Assembly (NCBI RefSeq): GCF_964194155.1
Contig: NC_135887.1
Coordinates: 80,166,001 to 80,230,000 of the forward strand
Direction of reading: 5' to 3'
From: Cetorhinus maximus
Taxonomy: Eukaryota
DNA: 64,000 bases
Shown here: positions 62,290-64,000 of the stretch, piece by piece
How positions within the stretch are numbered: the stretch's first letter is position 1
How the letters are laid out: every line of letters begins with the position of its first letter
Notes under the pieces: generated by a model
Told to the model about the DNA's origin: nothing
The model's database searches: none
Seen by the model: only the letters and a program-made list of their open reading frames with translations
Made by a program: the position numbers and the translations under genes

Positions 62290-62960
62290 CACAGGCTGAG
62301 TTCACCCAGTCAGGTGGTGGCCTCCAACAGGAAAACCTGCTGGATATGCATTATCAGTGGCCAGATCATTCCAGGGCACTATCAGAGCCATATCCAGGAT
62401 AACCCAGTGGCAGCGCAATGATGTATTACTTTGCCAGAACCGATATTTAGTTAAATTTCCCCTGGTATGACCATACTCAGAATGAGAGACACATGGTTTG
62501 GCCTCTTGGCTAGATTCCCACATGTGCAGGATACCAATAAACGCATAAATGTGGCAACCTGAAAACCATCACAGCAACCAGGAGTTTGTATGAACTGCAA
62601 GGGATATTCATCCATCAATATGAAGCTGGCGTACAACCGCTAAAGAAGATTCATGCAGGTCTGCGTCAGATTCACTGGGTGCTGTCATGAGACCTCTACA
62701 TTGTGACAGCCAAACATGGATCTGGATGTGCCCTTCAGTACTCACCAGTGAGTGTGTTAGGATAGTGGTGGTATGCTGCGTCATGCAGAACCATTGCACA
62801 GTAGAGAAAATAGTAGTTGGAGGAGGAGGATGATGGGGCTTGTCGCTCTCCTTTGACTGTGGAGAATATAGAGCAGAAGAGAAGTTAGATGGGGCACCCT
62901 TCACCAGACCAGTTGCTAACATTGCTGCCAAGGATGTCCTAATATCACGATGCAATCTTT
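62290..62960 (+). mobile_element. Degenerate Harbinger transposase fragment
   Basis: Reads MNCKGYSSINMKLAYNR*RRFMQVCVRFTGCCHE and VRIVVVCCVMQN, similar to the DDE motifs of the 51.5-55.5 kb element. Confidence 0.65.
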
Positions 62961-64000
62961 CTCTTAAATTTTCTTGGGGTTTTTTTACGCTATATATTTT
63001 CTGGTTCCTGTATCTCTGACCATTCCTGTAAGTGGACCTCTGGCTCCTAGTGACACAATGGTGCCTTTGCTCATCCAATATCAAAGATCTACAGGATAAT
63101 GGTCTTTGAATTGAATGGCTTCACCCGGTATCTGTGAACAAAGTACGCTGTTCCATTTGATTACTTCTGGGAGACTTCAGATTAACGCCTATTTGTAGCT
63201 GCAGTGAAATTAATGGGCCCAGCAGTAAAGCACAGAGTTCCAATTTATAAATGTATGGCTGATACCAGGAAATAGTAATCTAACTCTTGGTGAAAAAAAA
63301 GTTTACAGGTTTTTCATTTTTTTCCTTGTTTTTTTGTTCACAAGATGTGAGCGTTGCTGGTAAGGCCAACATTTATCGTGCATCCCATATTACCCTTGAA
63401 GGTGGGAGTGAACCATCTTCTTCAACTGCTGCAGTCCGTGTGTTGTGGATACACCTACAGTGCTGTTGGGGAGGGAGCCCCAGGATTTTGACCCAGCCAG
63501 AATGAAGGAACGATGATTATAGTTCCAAGTCAGAAAAATGTGTGACTTGGAGGGGAACTTGCATGTGGTAGTGTTCCCATGTATCTGCTGCCCGTGTCCT
63601 TCTAGGTAATTGAGCTCGGAAGGTGCAGTCAAAGGAGGGTTGGTGAGTTGCTGCAGTGCAACTTGTATATGGTACATACTGCTGACATTTGTGTGCTGGT
63701 GGTGGGGCGACTAAATGTTCAAGGTGATGGTTGGGGTACCGATCAAGCAGATTGCTTTGGCCTGGATGTTGGTGGATGCAAGACTGGGAATGGCTTACTG
63801 ATCTTCAATACAGCTTCCCCTCACGTACTCTCGCCTCTAGGTGTCATACCTGTGCTGTTGAACCTCAGAACCTGTGGCCCAGTTCCATCAAATCTCAGTA
63901 TAACACTTTTAATTCTCATAAACCTCCACTGTTGCAACTAAGGGCCGGAGTTGGCTGTGTGCCCGCTGATATTTAAACAGCCTATTAAGGCCATTAAGGA

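Overview
Eukaryotic vertebrate genomic DNA. The repeat content (CR1/L2 LINEs, Deu-domain and tRNA-derived SINEs, Penelope-like elements) suggests a cartilaginous fish; this is an inference. Three spliced genes can be read. (1) PNPLA2/ATGL: first coding exon on the - strand; the rest lies left of the window. (2) RPLP2: complete, - strand, a non-coding TCT/5'TOP exon 1 plus 4 coding exons, 111 aa. (3) PIDD1: + strand, 9 coding exons covering LRR-ZU5-ZU5 with both HFSW autoproteolysis motifs; the gene continues past the window. The order and orientation match human 11p15.5. Much of the rest is nested transposon debris: a ~4-kb Harbinger element with TIRs and TTA TSD, a Harbinger-type MITE, two solo LTRs and several CR1 copies. 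The most striking unexplained structure is four fold-back (inverted-arm) Penelope-like insertions from two families, each arm carrying a minimal hammerhead ribozyme motif. The two youngest have non-canonical cores (CUGCCGA, CUGUUGA). One contains a 150-bp unit repeated three times, and one has ~206 bp of nearby sequence copied into its inversion junction. Most short ORFs in the supplied track are spurious or LINE fragments. All coordinates and folds were read by eye, and no searches were run.
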